From assembly GCA_963758635.1 (NCBI GenBank), contig CAVWWD010000005.1, forward strand, positions 288,001-352,000: DNA of 64,000 nt, given 5' to 3'. Origin of the DNA: an uncultured Candidatus Rokubacteria bacterium. GTDB taxonomy: Bacteria; Methylomirabilota; Methylomirabilia; Rokubacteriales; CSP1-6. Position 1 is the first letter of the stretch. Every line of letters starts with the position of its first letter. Below, piece by piece: positions 48,282-58,675 of this stretch. The notes below the pieces were generated by a model that made no database searches, was not told the origin of the DNA, and worked only from the letters and a program-made list of their open reading frames with translations. The position numbers and the translations under genes were made by a program.

Positions 48282-48994
48282 GCCCTCGGCCTCGAGGTCC
48301 GTCGCGGTCACACGCACCGTCCCGCCCGACGGCCTCGCGGCCCGCGCCTGCCATCGGACGCGTCATCGCGCGCCTGCGGCGCGAGGCGCCGCGCTGGCGG
48401 CCCACCGCCCTCGCCGAGGTGGCCGATCGCCGCCGTGATCCCTTCCGCGTGCTCATCGCGTGCCTGCTCTCCCTGCGCACGAAGGACGAGACGACCGGCC
48501 CCGCCTCGGAGCGCCTGTTCGCGCTCGCCGACACCCCGGACGCGATGCTCAGGCTCACGACCTGGCAGATCGAGCGCGCGATCTTCCCGGTGGGCTTCTA
48601 CCGGACGAAGGCGGGCGTGATCCACGGCGTGTGCCGCGACGTCCTCGAACGCTTCGGCGGACAGGTGCCCGACACGATCGACGGGCTCCTGACCTTGAAG
48701 GGCGTGGGCCGGAAGACCGCGAACCTCGTCGTGACCGTGGGCTTCGGCAAGCCAGGCATCTGCGTCGACGTGCACGTGCACCGGATCTCGAACCGCCTCG
48801 GGTACGTGCGCACGGAGGAGCCGGAGGAGACGGAGATGGCGCTCCGCGCGAAGCTGCCGCGGCGGTACTGGATCGGCTACAACGACCTGCTGGTGGCCTT
48901 CGGGCAGAACGTCTGCCAGCCCGTCTCCCCGCGCTGCTCGACGTGTCCGGTGACCGCGCTGTGCCCGCGCGTGGGCGTCACCCGCTCACGGTGA
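48278..48994 (+). CDS. nth: Endonuclease III
   Basis: LKGVGRKTANLV HhH, ICVDVHVHRI, C-terminal CxxxxxxCxxCxxxxxC Fe-S motif. Confidence 0.93.
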   Translation: MSPRPRGPSRSHAPSRPTASRPAPAIGRVIARLRREAPRWRPTALAEVADRRRDPFRVLIACLLSLRTKDETTGPASERLFALADTPDAMLRLTTWQIERAIFPVGFYRTKAGVIHGVCRDVLERFGGQVPDTIDGLLTLKGVGRKTANLVVTVGFGKPGICVDVHVHRISNRLGYVRTEEPEETEMALRAKLPRRYWIGYNDLLVAFGQNVCQPVSPRCSTCPVTALCPRVGVTRSR

Positions 48995-49031
48995 GCCCGG
49001 CCGCCGTCAGCCACGTGCGGCCCCGCGCGCC

Positions 49032-49550
49032 TCACCCGCCGAGGAGCTCACGGATCCGACGCTCGCGGTACGCAAAGAGCGAGGCGAGCTGCCGCCGGAC
49101 CGCCACCGCGTGCACGAGATCGCCCAGCGGGCCGAGCGGAAGGCCGTAGGTGATGCGGTCGATCACCCACGTGCCCACGGGGCCCGCCCCGTCCGACCAC
49201 CCGGGGCCCGTCGCGCCGTCCGATGCGATGTCGGCGGTGGCGGGCCCCTCGACGAAGCGGTGCAGGTGCTCCCAGCGCCGGAAGGGCCCGCGGAGCTGCA
49301 CGTCGACGAACCGGTACGGCGGATCGAACTCGCGGACGATCACGCGCCAGCGGACGGGCACGACGAGGACGCGCACGGAGAAGTCGAGCACGGCGCCGGC
49401 GGCAAGCACGGGGGGCGGCGGCGCGAGCCAGGAGAGCGCCGCCGAAGGCGGGTTCACGGCGGGCAGGTTCTCCGGCGCGGCGAAGAAGGCGAAGACCTCA
49501 GGACGCGGGCGCGGCACCCAGACGCGCCGGAGCAGGACGAAGTCTGCCAT
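49032..49550 (-). CDS. SRPBCC family protein
   Basis: EVFAFFAAPENL, FVDVQLRGPFRRWEHLHRF. Confidence 0.85.
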   Translation of the reverse strand: MADFVLLRRVWVPRPRPEVFAFFAAPENLPAVNPPSAALSWLAPPPPVLAAGAVLDFSVRVLVVPVRWRVIVREFDPPYRFVDVQLRGPFRRWEHLHRFVEGPATADIASDGATGPGWSDGAGPVGTWVIDRITYGLPLGPLGDLVHAVAVRRQLASLFAYRERRIRELLGG

Positions 49551-49652
49551 GAGCGCCGCGCTATCATACGGAGGCGCTCGGGCCCCGTCAAACGAAGAGG
49601 CTGACCGGCCCGGCGCGCCGGCCGGCGCCCGGCGGCGCCGGCCCCTGCCGCG

Positions 49653-50117
49653 TCAGAGCTTCTTGACCTCGGCGAGGATCTTGTCGGGCTCCGGGAGCTC
49701 GCCGCGCCCGTAGCGCTCGACGAACCGCACGATGCCGTTGCCGTCGACGATGAAGGTCGCGCGCACGTTGGCGTTCCACTCCGGCCAGTACACGCCGTAG
49801 TCCTTGGCCACCGACCGCTGGAGGTCGGACAGGAGCGGATAGTTCGAGATGCCGACCGAGCGCGCCCAGTTCTCGTGGCTGAAGGGGCTGTCCGTGCTGA
49901 TACCCAGCACCTGGGTATTCGCCGCCTCGAAGTCCTTCACGCGTCTATCGAAGGCGGGCATGCACGTCGATCACCCCGGCGTCCAGTCCAGCGGGTAGAA
50001 CAGCAGCACGACGTTCTTCCCCGCGTAGTCCGAGAGGCTGACCTCCTTGAGGCCGACCGTCCTCAGCGTGAAGCCCGGCGCTCGATCTCCCACGCCCAGC
50101 GTCGTCTGCTCGCTCAT
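49653..50117 (-). CDS. Peroxiredoxin (AhpC/TSA) with in-frame TGA, probable selenoprotein
   Basis: Two in-frame ORFs joined by TGA 49971-49973: FYPLDWTPG-U-STCMPAF...VLGISTD...PLLSD...RATFIVD. Confidence 0.88.
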
Positions 50118-50226
50118 TCCCACGATCCCCCCCTCTGAGGTGTGAAAGAACGCGGCTTTCGGCGTCAGCGAGCGGGCCAACGTCGCGACTCTGCGGGCCA
50201 ACGCTGCCTGCCGTCTCGCCATTCAT

Positions 50227-51165
50227 TCACGATCCCTCTGCGCGCCTCGGGCGCCTTTCCATCCTACCGGCGGAGGTCGTCCCGCTCAATCGCCGCGCCA
50301 TCCGCGTGGCCGGCTTGCGTCGTGTGCCCCAGAGCGTGCGCCGGCGGGCCTCCAGCGGTTCGTCGGCCCGGCCGAGGAAGCCGGCGGCCGTCACCACGCG
50401 GCCGGTCTCCCACAGGGCCCGGAAGCGCTCGGGATACTGCTCGCCGCGCAGGGCGTGGTGGTCGAGGATCACGCGGCAGCCCGTGCGGTCGATGATCCGC
50501 CGCAGGTGCTCGATCCCCTGCTCGATGAGCGGGCGGCCGACCTGCGACTCCAGGTACGCGGGCGGCCCGGACAGGTAGAGCACGCTCGGGCGCTCGCGCT
50601 CGAGGTAGGCGGCAGCCACCGGCGAGAGCGGGCCCTGGACGTCGGAGGCGTGGACGAAGCGCGTGCCCTCCCGCCGGTCCGTGACGGTGAGGGCCACCAC
50701 GTAGCCGAGGCTCGTGCCCTCGAGCCCGTGGGCCAGCGGCGGCGAGGCCTGGAGCACGCAGTCGGGCGTCTCGAAGCGCCGGCCCTCCGCGGCGTCGATC
50801 CGGCACCGCCGCTCGAGGCCCTTCCAGAGGTCCGACGCGCGCCCGGCCTGGCGCGGCACGATCATCCGGCGCGGGTCCTTCGCCCACACCGACCGGCCCT
50901 CGTAGAGCGACGGGTCGTAGCGGAAGTGGTCCTCGTGGTAGTGGCTGACGAAGAGCCACGTGGCCCGCGCCGCGTACGCGCTGATGCGGTCGTTGGCGCG
51001 CCGGAGGGCCTCCCACTCCTCCTCGGCGGGGGGCAGCCCGTAGCGGCTCGCCCCGAGGGACGCTCCGGGATCGATGAGCACGCGCGTGTCGCCGCACTCC
51101 ACGTAGGTGGCAACCGAGCGCACGCCGAGCGACTCCGCGGCGAGCGGGACGATGCTCAGCGCCAC
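50227..51165 (-). CDS. Metallo-beta-lactamase-fold hydrolase (UPF0282-like)
   Basis: IVPLAAESLGVRSVAT, IDPGASLG, SHYHEDH, HASDVQGP, ILDHHALR. Confidence 0.75.
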   Translation of the reverse strand: MALSIVPLAAESLGVRSVATYVECGDTRVLIDPGASLGASRYGLPPAEEEWEALRRANDRISAYAARATWLFVSHYHEDHFRYDPSLYEGRSVWAKDPRRMIVPRQAGRASDLWKGLERRCRIDAAEGRRFETPDCVLQASPPLAHGLEGTSLGYVVALTVTDRREGTRFVHASDVQGPLSPVAAAYLERERPSVLYLSGPPAYLESQVGRPLIEQGIEHLRRIIDRTGCRVILDHHALRGEQYPERFRALWETGRVVTAAGFLGRADEPLEARRRTLWGTRRKPATRMARRLSGTTSAGRMERRPRRAEGS

Positions 51166-51301
51166 GGCGACTCCCCCGAGGCGCGCGTCATCGCCCCGCC
51201 CCCTTTGGGCGCGGGTTGGGAAGGAACGCGCACGTGGGTTTCGGCGAGAGAGATGACACCGCGATTCTGCGAACACCCGGCGTGCCGTCTCGCCATTTTG
51301 T

Positions 51302-51784
51302 TCACGGTCGCTCCGCCGGCTCCTGGCGCACGTCCACCTCGCGCCCGCCGGTGATCCGCACCAGCTCCTCCGCGGTCAGCGGAAACACGCACTCCGGCAC
51401 GCCGGCGGCGGCGTAGATCGTCTCGTAGCGGCGGAGGTCGCGGTCGATGTACACGGGCAGCGTCGACGGGTGCGCCACGGGCGGAACGCCGCCGATCGCG
51501 TAGCCCGTGGCCTGCCGGACCGTCTCGGGGTCGGCCCGGCGCACGCGGCCGCCGGCGAGCGCGCCGAGCTTGGCCTCGTCCACCCGGTTGACGCCCGAGG
51601 CGATGACGAGCACGGGGCTGCCGTTCACCGTGAACACGAGCGACTTGGCGATCTGGGCCACCTGGACCCCGAGCGCGTCGGCGGCCTGCTGCGACGTGCG
51701 GGCGTCGACCGCGAGCTCGACGATCTGCCGGTCCAGGCCGAAGGCGGCGAGGGCGTCGCGGACCCGCTGCGCCGCGGGCTTCAC
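51302..51784 (-). CDS. YbaK/EbsC family aminoacyl-tRNA deacylase
   Basis: AQIAKSLVF, ATGYAIGGVPP, YAAAG. Confidence 0.9.
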   Translation of the reverse strand: MKPAAQRVRDALAAFGLDRQIVELAVDARTSQQAADALGVQVAQIAKSLVFTVNGSPVLVIASGVNRVDEAKLGALAGGRVRRADPETVRQATGYAIGGVPPVAHPSTLPVYIDRDLRRYETIYAAAGVPECVFPLTAEELVRITGGREVDVRQEPAERP

Positions 51785-51809
51785 CGTGTCCTCCGCCCGC
51801 GCCGCGGGG

Positions 51810-52838
51810 TCACAGGACGAGCTCCGCCATCAGCCGCACCGCCTCGGGACGGCGCGCCGCGCAGATCAGCGTCGTCACGCCCGAGGCATTCCAGGCATCG
51901 AGCCGGTCGCGGATGCGCTCGCGCGGTCCGCAGAGCGCGACCTCGTCCACGAGCGCGTCGGGCACCGCGGCCACCGCGGCATCCCGCTGCCCGCCCAGGT
52001 AGAGGTCCTGGATCCGGCGGGCGTCGGCCTCGTAGCCGTACCGGCACACCAGCTCGTTGTAGAAGTTCTTGCCGCGCGCGCCCATGCCGCCCACGTACAG
52101 CGCGAGCTGCGGCTTCACCACCGCCCGGCACGCCGCGACGTCGTCGCCCGGGACCACCGCCACGGTGGGCGCCATGTCGAAGGTGGCGAGGGACTTCCCG
52201 CCGCCCGCCACGCGGAACCCCGCGTCGAGCGACTCGCGGAACACGCCGGCGCGCTCGGGCGAGAAGAAGATCGGCAGGAAGCCGTCGGCGATCTCCGCGG
52301 CGAGGGCGACGTTCCGCGGCCCGATCGCGGCCAGGTAGATCGGGATGTCGGAGCGGCCGTGGAGGATGGACTTCAGCGGCTTGCCGAGCCCGGTCGCGTC
52401 GGCCCCCCGGTACGGGATCTGGTAGTACGCGCCCGTGAACTCCACCGCCTTCTCGCGGCGCCAGATCGTGCGGACCACCTCCACGTACTCGCGCGTGCGC
52501 GCGAGCGGCTTGCCGAAGGGCACGCCGTGCCATCCCTCCACCACTTGCGGGCCCGAGACGCCGAGGCCGAGCAGGAACCGGCCGCCCGAGAGCTGGTCGA
52601 GGGTCAGCGCCGTCGTCGCGGTGAGCGCGGGTGTCCGGGCGGCGATCTGCATGATCGCCGTGCCCACGCGGATGCGCTCGGTGCGCGCGGCCACCCACGT
52701 GAGCGGCGTCACCGCATCGGAGCCGTAGGCCTCCGCGGACCACACCGAGTGATAGCCGAGGCGGTCCGCCTCCAGGACGAGGGAGAGGTCGATGCCGGCC
52801 GCGGAGCCGGAGTAGCCGAGGTTCAGTCCGAGGCGCAT
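51810..52838 (-). CDS. LLM-class (F420-dependent-like) oxidoreductase
   Basis: [34 protein letters not shown]. Confidence 0.9.
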   Translation of the reverse strand: MRLGLNLGYSGSAAGIDLSLVLEADRLGYHSVWSAEAYGSDAVTPLTWVAARTERIRVGTAIMQIAARTPALTATTALTLDQLSGGRFLLGLGVSGPQVVEGWHGVPFGKPLARTREYVEVVRTIWRREKAVEFTGAYYQIPYRGADATGLGKPLKSILHGRSDIPIYLAAIGPRNVALAAEIADGFLPIFFSPERAGVFRESLDAGFRVAGGGKSLATFDMAPTVAVVPGDDVAACRAVVKPQLALYVGGMGARGKNFYNELVCRYGYEADARRIQDLYLGGQRDAAVAAVPDALVDEVALCGPRERIRDRLDAWNASGVTTLICAARRPEAVRLMAELVL

Positions 52839-52854
52839 GGCGTGGTCTCGCGAG

Positions 52855-53199
52855 TCAGAGGCGCAGCAAGGCGGCGAGGGCCAGCGGCCGGCTGCGCGGC
52901 GGGCCCTGCCACCGGTATCGAGGAAGGGCGACACGGCCGCGCCGGATCACGACGCGCTCCTGCTCGAGCCGGATCCGCTGCGTGACCATCCCGTCCACGT
53001 TCGCGCGCAGGCTGATGCCTCCCTGGGCGTTCACCACCCGGTGCCACGGCACGCCCTCGGGGCAGTGCCGCATGGCGTAGCCGACGGCGCGGGCGGCGCG
53101 CGGCGCCCCGAGGAGGGCGGCGATCTGGCCATACGTCATCACGCGTCCCCTCGGGATGCGGCGCACCATCGCGAACACCGCACGGTAAAACCGATTCAC
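52855..53199 (-). CDS. Alkyltransferase-like protein (ATL, MGMT family)
   Basis: [25 protein letters not shown] (Trp in place of the catalytic Cys). Confidence 0.88.
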   Translation of the reverse strand: MNRFYRAVFAMVRRIPRGRVMTYGQIAALLGAPRAARAVGYAMRHCPEGVPWHRVVNAQGGISLRANVDGMVTQRIRLEQERVVIRRGRVALPRYRWQGPPRSRPLALAALLRL

Positions 53200-54986
53200 G
53201 CGTCGCCCCGGCCACGCTGGATCTCGTGGAGGCGCGCGTAGAGCCCGCCCGCCGCCACCAGCGCGGCGTGGCTGCCGGTCTCCCTGATCTCGCCGTGATG
53301 GAGCACCAGGATGCGGTCCGCGCTCTGCACCGTGGAGAGCCGATGCGCGATCACCAGGCTGGCACGTCCGCGAAGGAGCGCTCTCATCGCCGAGCGGATC
53401 AGGGCCTCGGACTCGGCGTCGACGCTCGACGTGGCCTCGTCCAGGGCGAGAACGCGAGGATTATAGATGAGGGCGCGCGCGATGGCCAGCAGCTGGCGCT
53501 GTCCCTGCGAGAGGTTCGCGCCGCGCTCGCGCACCGGCGCGTCGAGACCGCCGGGCAGCGCGTCGATCACGCTCGTGGCGTGGGCGGCGGCCAGCGCGGC
53601 GGCGAGTCGCCCGGCGTCCTCCGCTTCCGCGCTGATCACGGAGAGGTTGTCGCGCACGCTGCCCGCGAAGAGGAACGGCTCCTGCAGCACGAGGCCCACG
53701 TGCCGGCGCAGCGATTCCAGGTCCCATTCGCGCACGTCGATCCCGTCCACGAGGACCTGGCCCTGCTCCACGTCGAAGGCGCGGATCAGCAGGCGCGCGA
53801 TCGTGGTCTTCCCCTCGCCCGTCGGCCCCACCAGCGCCACGATCTCGCCGGGCTCGATCACGAACGAGCAGTCGCGGAGCACCGGGAGGCCCTCGCGGTA
53901 GCCGAACCGGACGTGGCGGAACTCCACCGCGGGCGTGCCCGGCCGCCGCGCCGCCGGCGCCCGCGCGGGGCCGCCGACGATGATCGGCTCCGTGTCGAGC
54001 AGCCCGAAGATCCGCTCCGCCGACACCATGGCCGCCTGCATGACCGCGTACTTCGCGCCGAGGTCGCGCAGTGGCAGGAAGCACCGCGTGGTGTACTCCA
54101 GGAACGCGGTGAGCGCGCCGAACGTGAGCGCGCCCGTCACCACCTCCCCGCCCCCGTACCACAGGAGCAGCGCGATGGCCGCCGAGCCGATGGCCTCGAC
54201 GCCCGCGTACAGCGCGGACTCGAACCGGGTCGACCGGAACTGCGCGGCGCGGAGGTCCGCGTTGAGCCCGCCGAAGAGCCGCGCCTCCTCCCGCTCGCGG
54301 GCGAAGAGCTGGGTGACGCTGACGCCCTGGAGCGCCTCCTGGAGGAACGCGTTGAGGCGGGCGAGCTGCGTGCGCACGCGGCGGTAGCTCTCGCGCGCGC
54401 GCAGGCGGAAGTACCCCCCGACGAGCAGGAGGAGGGGGATCAGGAGGTACGCCACGAGGGTGAGCTTCCAGCTCATCCAGAGCATGATCGCGGTGATGCC
54501 GAGGAGCGTGACCACGTCGCCCGCCACCACCACCACGCCGCTCACGAACAGCTCGTTGATGGCCTCAACGTCGTTGATCACGCGCGTCATGAGGCGCCCC
54601 ACCGGGTTGCCGTCGAAGAACGCCGCGTCCATGCGCTGGAGGTGGGCGAAGAGCGTCTGGCGGAGGTCGTGGATGACACGCTGGCCGGTGAGCTGCATGA
54701 CGTAGGCCTGGACAGCCCGGAGCGCGTAGAGCGCGACGAGCGTGGCGAGGAACACGGCGGCCAGGCCGCCCAGGCCCGACCAGTCCCGGGTGAGGATGTG
54801 GTCGTCGATGGCGATCTTGATCAGGTAGGGCTGGAGCAGCTCCACCGCGGACACCAGGGGGAAGAGCACGAGCGAGACGATCACGAGCCGGGCGTGCGGA
54901 CGCGTCACTTCCCAGAGCCGCCTCATGAGCCGCGCGTCGTAGGCGCGGCCGAGGACCTCGTCCTCCTCGCGCTCAGGCCTGGGCAA
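53196..54986 (-). CDS. ABC exporter half-transporter (TMD plus NBD)
   Basis: GRLMTRVIND, GPTGEGKTT, LSQGQRQ, DEATSSVD. Confidence 0.92.
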   Translation of the reverse strand: MPRPEREEDEVLGRAYDARLMRRLWEVTRPHARLVIVSLVLFPLVSAVELLQPYLIKIAIDDHILTRDWSGLGGLAAVFLATLVALYALRAVQAYVMQLTGQRVIHDLRQTLFAHLQRMDAAFFDGNPVGRLMTRVINDVEAINELFVSGVVVVAGDVVTLLGITAIMLWMSWKLTLVAYLLIPLLLLVGGYFRLRARESYRRVRTQLARLNAFLQEALQGVSVTQLFAREREEARLFGGLNADLRAAQFRSTRFESALYAGVEAIGSAAIALLLWYGGGEVVTGALTFGALTAFLEYTTRCFLPLRDLGAKYAVMQAAMVSAERIFGLLDTEPIIVGGPARAPAARRPGTPAVEFRHVRFGYREGLPVLRDCSFVIEPGEIVALVGPTGEGKTTIARLLIRAFDVEQGQVLVDGIDVREWDLESLRRHVGLVLQEPFLFAGSVRDNLSVISAEAEDAGRLAAALAAAHATSVIDALPGGLDAPVRERGANLSQGQRQLLAIARALIYNPRVLALDEATSSVDAESEALIRSAMRALLRGRASLVIAHRLSTVQSADRILVLHHGEIRETGSHAALVAAGGLYARLHEIQRGRGDA

Positions 54987-56727
54987 GCTCGTCCTCGAGC
55001 TGCTGGCTCCGCCACAGCCGCGCGTAGACCCCGCCCGCCGCGAGCACGTCGCCGTGCCGCCCCTGCTCCACCACGCGCCCGGCGGCGAGCACGACGACCC
55101 AGTCCGCCTCCTGCGCGGCCCGGAGCCGGTGCGTCATCATGAGCGTGGTTCGCCCCTGCCGCGCCGTGCGCACCGCGTCCAGGATCTCCGCCTCCTTGCC
55201 CGGGTCCACGGAGGCGAAGGGATCGTCGAGCACGAGGAAGGTGGGATCGCTCACGAGCGCGCGGGCAAGGGCGGCGCGCTGGCGCTGGCCGCCCGACAGC
55301 GCGAGACCGCGCTCCCCCACGACGGTGTCCCAGCCCTCGGCGAGGGCGTCGGCCTCCTCGGCGAGCCCGGCGGCGCGCGCGGCCGCCCGCATGCGGTCGT
55401 CGCCCGCGCGGTCGTCGGCGAGCAGCAGGTTGTCGCGGAGCGAGCGCGAGAACAGGAACGGCTCCTGCGGGACGAAGCCCACCGCCCGCCGAAGCGCCCG
55501 GAGGGGGATGTCGCGCACGTCGACGCCGCCGATCAGGATCGCGCCGGGGGGCGGCTCGAAGAGGCGGCAGAGTAGCAGGCCGAGCGTGGACTTGCCGCTG
55601 CCCGTGGGCCCCACCACCGCGACGAGCGCGCCCGGCTCCAGGCGGAACGACACCCCGGCGAGCACGGCAGGCCGCCCGTCGTAGCCGAAGACGAGGTCCC
55701 GGAACTCGATCGCCCCCGCGATCGGCGGCCCGGGGCGGAGGGCCTCGGCCTGCTCCGGCGCCGCCGCGCCGGCCGGCGCGTCGAGGACCTCGCCGATCCG
55801 CGCCATCGAGGCGAAGCCCCGGCGCACGCTCGCGAGCGTCCACCCGAGCGCGATGGTCGGCCACGCCAGGTACGCCACGTACCCGTTGAAGGCCACGAAG
55901 GCGCCCAGCGTGATGCGCCCCTCGACCACCGCGCCGCCGCCCACCCACAGGACGGCGAGGGTCCCCGCGCCGGAGATCAGCCCCATGAGCGGCCACGACG
56001 CGGCCTGGGTGCGCGCGAGCCGGAGGCTCCGCGTGAGGAACTCGCCGTTCAGCGCCCCGAAGGCCGCCGTCTCCCGCCGCTGGAGCGCGTACGCGCGCAC
56101 CACGGCCATGCCGGCCAGGTTCTCCTGCACGCGGGCGGAGAGCGCGCCGAGCTGGTCCTGCACCGCGGAGGACTCGGCCTCCACGAGCTGGCTGAACCGT
56201 TTCGACAGGAGGAGCAGCACCGGGTACGGCGACAGCGCCCACAGCGTGAGCCAGGGATCGATGAGCCACATCGCCACCAGGGCGCCCGCGAAGGACAGCG
56301 TGGTCTGCACGAGCATGACGCTCCCGAAGCCGGCGAGGCTCCGGATGGCCGACACGTCGTTCGACGCGCGCGACATCAGGTCGCCCGTGCGCTGGCCCTG
56401 GTAGAAGGCGGGCGGCAGCCGCTGGAGGTGCTCGAAGAGATCCTGCCGGAGATCGTGCTCCACCCACTGCGCGGCGCCGATGATGGCGAACCGCGAGCCC
56501 AGCCGCGCCACGCCGTGGGCGAGGGCGAGCGTGACGATCACCGCCGCGTACGCGGCGAGCCCGTGGGGCGGCGCGGGCGCGGCGATGGCGTCGATCGCGC
56601 TCTTGACCGTCCACGGGATCCCGAGCGAGAAGGCGGTGGCGCCCGCGACGCACACCGCGCCCGTGATGTAGCGGTGACGGTAGCGCGCGAGATACCGGCC
56701 GAGCCGGCGAGCGGGGGACACGGTCAC
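54973..56727 (-). CDS. ABC exporter half-transporter (TMD plus NBD), likely heterodimer partner
   Basis: TGDLMSRASND, GPTGSGKST, LSGGQRQR, LDDPFASVD (degenerate Walker B). Confidence 0.92.
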   Translation of the reverse strand: MTVSPARRLGRYLARYRHRYITGAVCVAGATAFSLGIPWTVKSAIDAIAAPAPPHGLAAYAAVIVTLALAHGVARLGSRFAIIGAAQWVEHDLRQDLFEHLQRLPPAFYQGQRTGDLMSRASNDVSAIRSLAGFGSVMLVQTTLSFAGALVAMWLIDPWLTLWALSPYPVLLLLSKRFSQLVEAESSAVQDQLGALSARVQENLAGMAVVRAYALQRRETAAFGALNGEFLTRSLRLARTQAASWPLMGLISGAGTLAVLWVGGGAVVEGRITLGAFVAFNGYVAYLAWPTIALGWTLASVRRGFASMARIGEVLDAPAGAAAPEQAEALRPGPPIAGAIEFRDLVFGYDGRPAVLAGVSFRLEPGALVAVVGPTGSGKSTLGLLLCRLFEPPPGAILIGGVDVRDIPLRALRRAVGFVPQEPFLFSRSLRDNLLLADDRAGDDRMRAAARAAGLAEEADALAEGWDTVVGERGLALSGGQRQRAALARALVSDPTFLVLDDPFASVDPGKEAEILDAVRTARQGRTTLMMTHRLRAAQEADWVVVLAAGRVVEQGRHGDVLAAGGVYARLWRSQQLEDELAQA

Positions 56728-56771
56728 CAGTATACGAGGCGCGCAGCGCGCGAGGACGGGCGCGCGAGCGC

Positions 56772-57776
56772 TCAGAGCCACCCCGCGCGGCGAAACCGCG
56801 CGTACAGGTAGCCGCACGCGCCGACCATGACGGCGACCGCGAACGGGTAGCCCAGCCACCAGTCCAGCTCGGGCATCACCTTGAAGTTCATGCCGTAGAC
56901 GCCGGCGATCATGGTGGGCACGGCGATGATGGCGGCCCACGCGGCCAGCTTCTTCATCGACTCGTTCTGCGTGACCGAGATGACCGACAGGTGGGCCTCG
57001 AGGGCAGAGGTCGTGAGCTCGCGGAGGGTGTCGACCATCTCGTTGAGGCGCACGGCGTGGTCGTACACGTCGCGGATGTACGGGCGCGTGTCCTCGGGGA
57101 TCAGGGGCAGGTCGAAGCGCATGAGCCGGTTGAAGATGTCCACGAGCGGCGAGACCGCGCGCTTGAGCACCAGGAGGTCGCGCTTCAGCCGGTAGATGCG
57201 CTCGGCGGGCTCGCGGCTCAGGGTCTCCTGGAAGATGTCGTCCTCGAGCTCGCCGAGCTGCTCCTCGAGCCCGTCCACGACGGGGAAGTACTGGTCGACG
57301 ATGAAGTCGGTGATGGCGTAGAGCACGAAGCCGGGTCCCTTGGCGAGCAGGTCGGGCACGGCCTCCGCCCGCGCCCGCACCTCCGCGTAGGAGAGCGAGG
57401 CCCCATGGCGCACCGACACCACGAAGCGCGGCCCCACGAACAGGTGGGTCTCTCCCATCTCGATCCGCCGCGAGTCGCGCCCGAGCTGCGCGGTGCGGAG
57501 CGCGATGAACATCGTCTCGCCGTACTGCTCGATCTTGGGGCGCTGGTGGGCGCGGAGCGCGTCCTCGATGGCGAGGTCGTGGAGGCCGAACTCCTCCTGC
57601 ACCTCGCGCAGGAGCTTCTCGTCCGGCTCGTGCAGGCCGAGCCACACGAAGTGGCCGGGCTGCTCGAGCGCGTCGCTGATGGCGGGGATGGCGACGTCGG
57701 CCACGCGGCGGCCGCCCGCGTAGACGACGCAGTTCACCACGCCCGTCGGCTCGTCGGGAGATCGGGGATGGGCCAT
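56772..57776 (-). CDS. corA: Magnesium/cobalt transporter CorA
   Basis: FGLHDLAIED, HQRPKIE, YGMNF, MPEL. Confidence 0.95.
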   Translation of the reverse strand: MAHPRSPDEPTGVVNCVVYAGGRRVADVAIPAISDALEQPGHFVWLGLHEPDEKLLREVQEEFGLHDLAIEDALRAHQRPKIEQYGETMFIALRTAQLGRDSRRIEMGETHLFVGPRFVVSVRHGASLSYAEVRARAEAVPDLLAKGPGFVLYAITDFIVDQYFPVVDGLEEQLGELEDDIFQETLSREPAERIYRLKRDLLVLKRAVSPLVDIFNRLMRFDLPLIPEDTRPYIRDVYDHAVRLNEMVDTLRELTTSALEAHLSVISVTQNESMKKLAAWAAIIAVPTMIAGVYGMNFKVMPELDWWLGYPFAVAVMVGACGYLYARFRRAGWL

Positions 57777-57865
57777 CGTTCGCTCCTGCCGCCGTCGGCG
57801 GCGCCTCACTCTGGCGGCACCCCGCGGTGGTTGTCAAGGAAGCGCTGTGCTACGCTCGGCGGCCG

Positions 57866-58660
57866 ATGGCTCCCGACGCGCGCGAGGTCGCGGTGGCGGC
57901 GGCGCGCCGGGCCGGCGCCCTCCTCGTCGGCCAGCTCGGCGGGCCGCGCCACGTGGAGTTCAAGACGGGCCCCACCAACCTCGTCACCGACATGGACCGG
58001 CGGGCCGAGGCCGCGGTGGTCGAGACGCTGCGCGCCCACTACCCCGGCGACGCGGTGCTGAGCGAGGAGGCCGGCCACCTCGCGGGGTCCGCGGGCCGCC
58101 GCTGGATCGTCGATCCGCTCGACGGCACCACCAACTACGCCAGCGGCATCCCGGTCTTCGCGGTGTCGATCGCGCTCGAGGTCGACGGCCGGACCGTGCT
58201 CGGCGTCGTCCACGACCCCACGCGCGACGAGTGCTTCGTGGCCGAGCGCGGCCGGGGCGCCCACCTCGGCGGCCGGCCGCTCCGCGTCTCGGACACGGGC
58301 AGGCTCGAGGCGAGCGTCCTCGCCACCGGCTTTGCGTACACCATCCGACAGGATCGTGACACCAACCTGCCCGAGCACGACCTCCTGTCGCTGCGCGGCC
58401 GGGCCGTGCGCGCCATCGGCTCCGCCGCGCTCAGCCTCGCGTGGGTCGCCGCCGGCCGCCTCGACGGCTTCTGGGAGCTCGTGCTCGGCGCCTGGGACGT
58501 GGCCGCGGGCGCGCTCCTGGTCGAGGAGGCCGGAGGCCGCGTGACCGACCGCGGCGGCGGCGCCCTCGATCCCGACGCCCCCGCCCCCGTGGCCTCGAAC
58601 GGCCGCATCCACGACGAGATGCTGGCGGCGCTGGCCGAGGCCCGCCGGGCCGCGCGGTAG
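57866..58660 (+). CDS. suhB: Inositol monophosphatase family
   Basis: WIVDPLDGTTNYA, GSAALSL, WDVAAG. Confidence 0.9.
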   Translation: MAPDAREVAVAAARRAGALLVGQLGGPRHVEFKTGPTNLVTDMDRRAEAAVVETLRAHYPGDAVLSEEAGHLAGSAGRRWIVDPLDGTTNYASGIPVFAVSIALEVDGRTVLGVVHDPTRDECFVAERGRGAHLGGRPLRVSDTGRLEASVLATGFAYTIRQDRDTNLPEHDLLSLRGRAVRAIGSAALSLAWVAAGRLDGFWELVLGAWDVAAGALLVEEAGGRVTDRGGGALDPDAPAPVASNGRIHDEMLAALAEARRAAR

Positions 58661-58675
58661 GGGCGGAGCGCGGCC

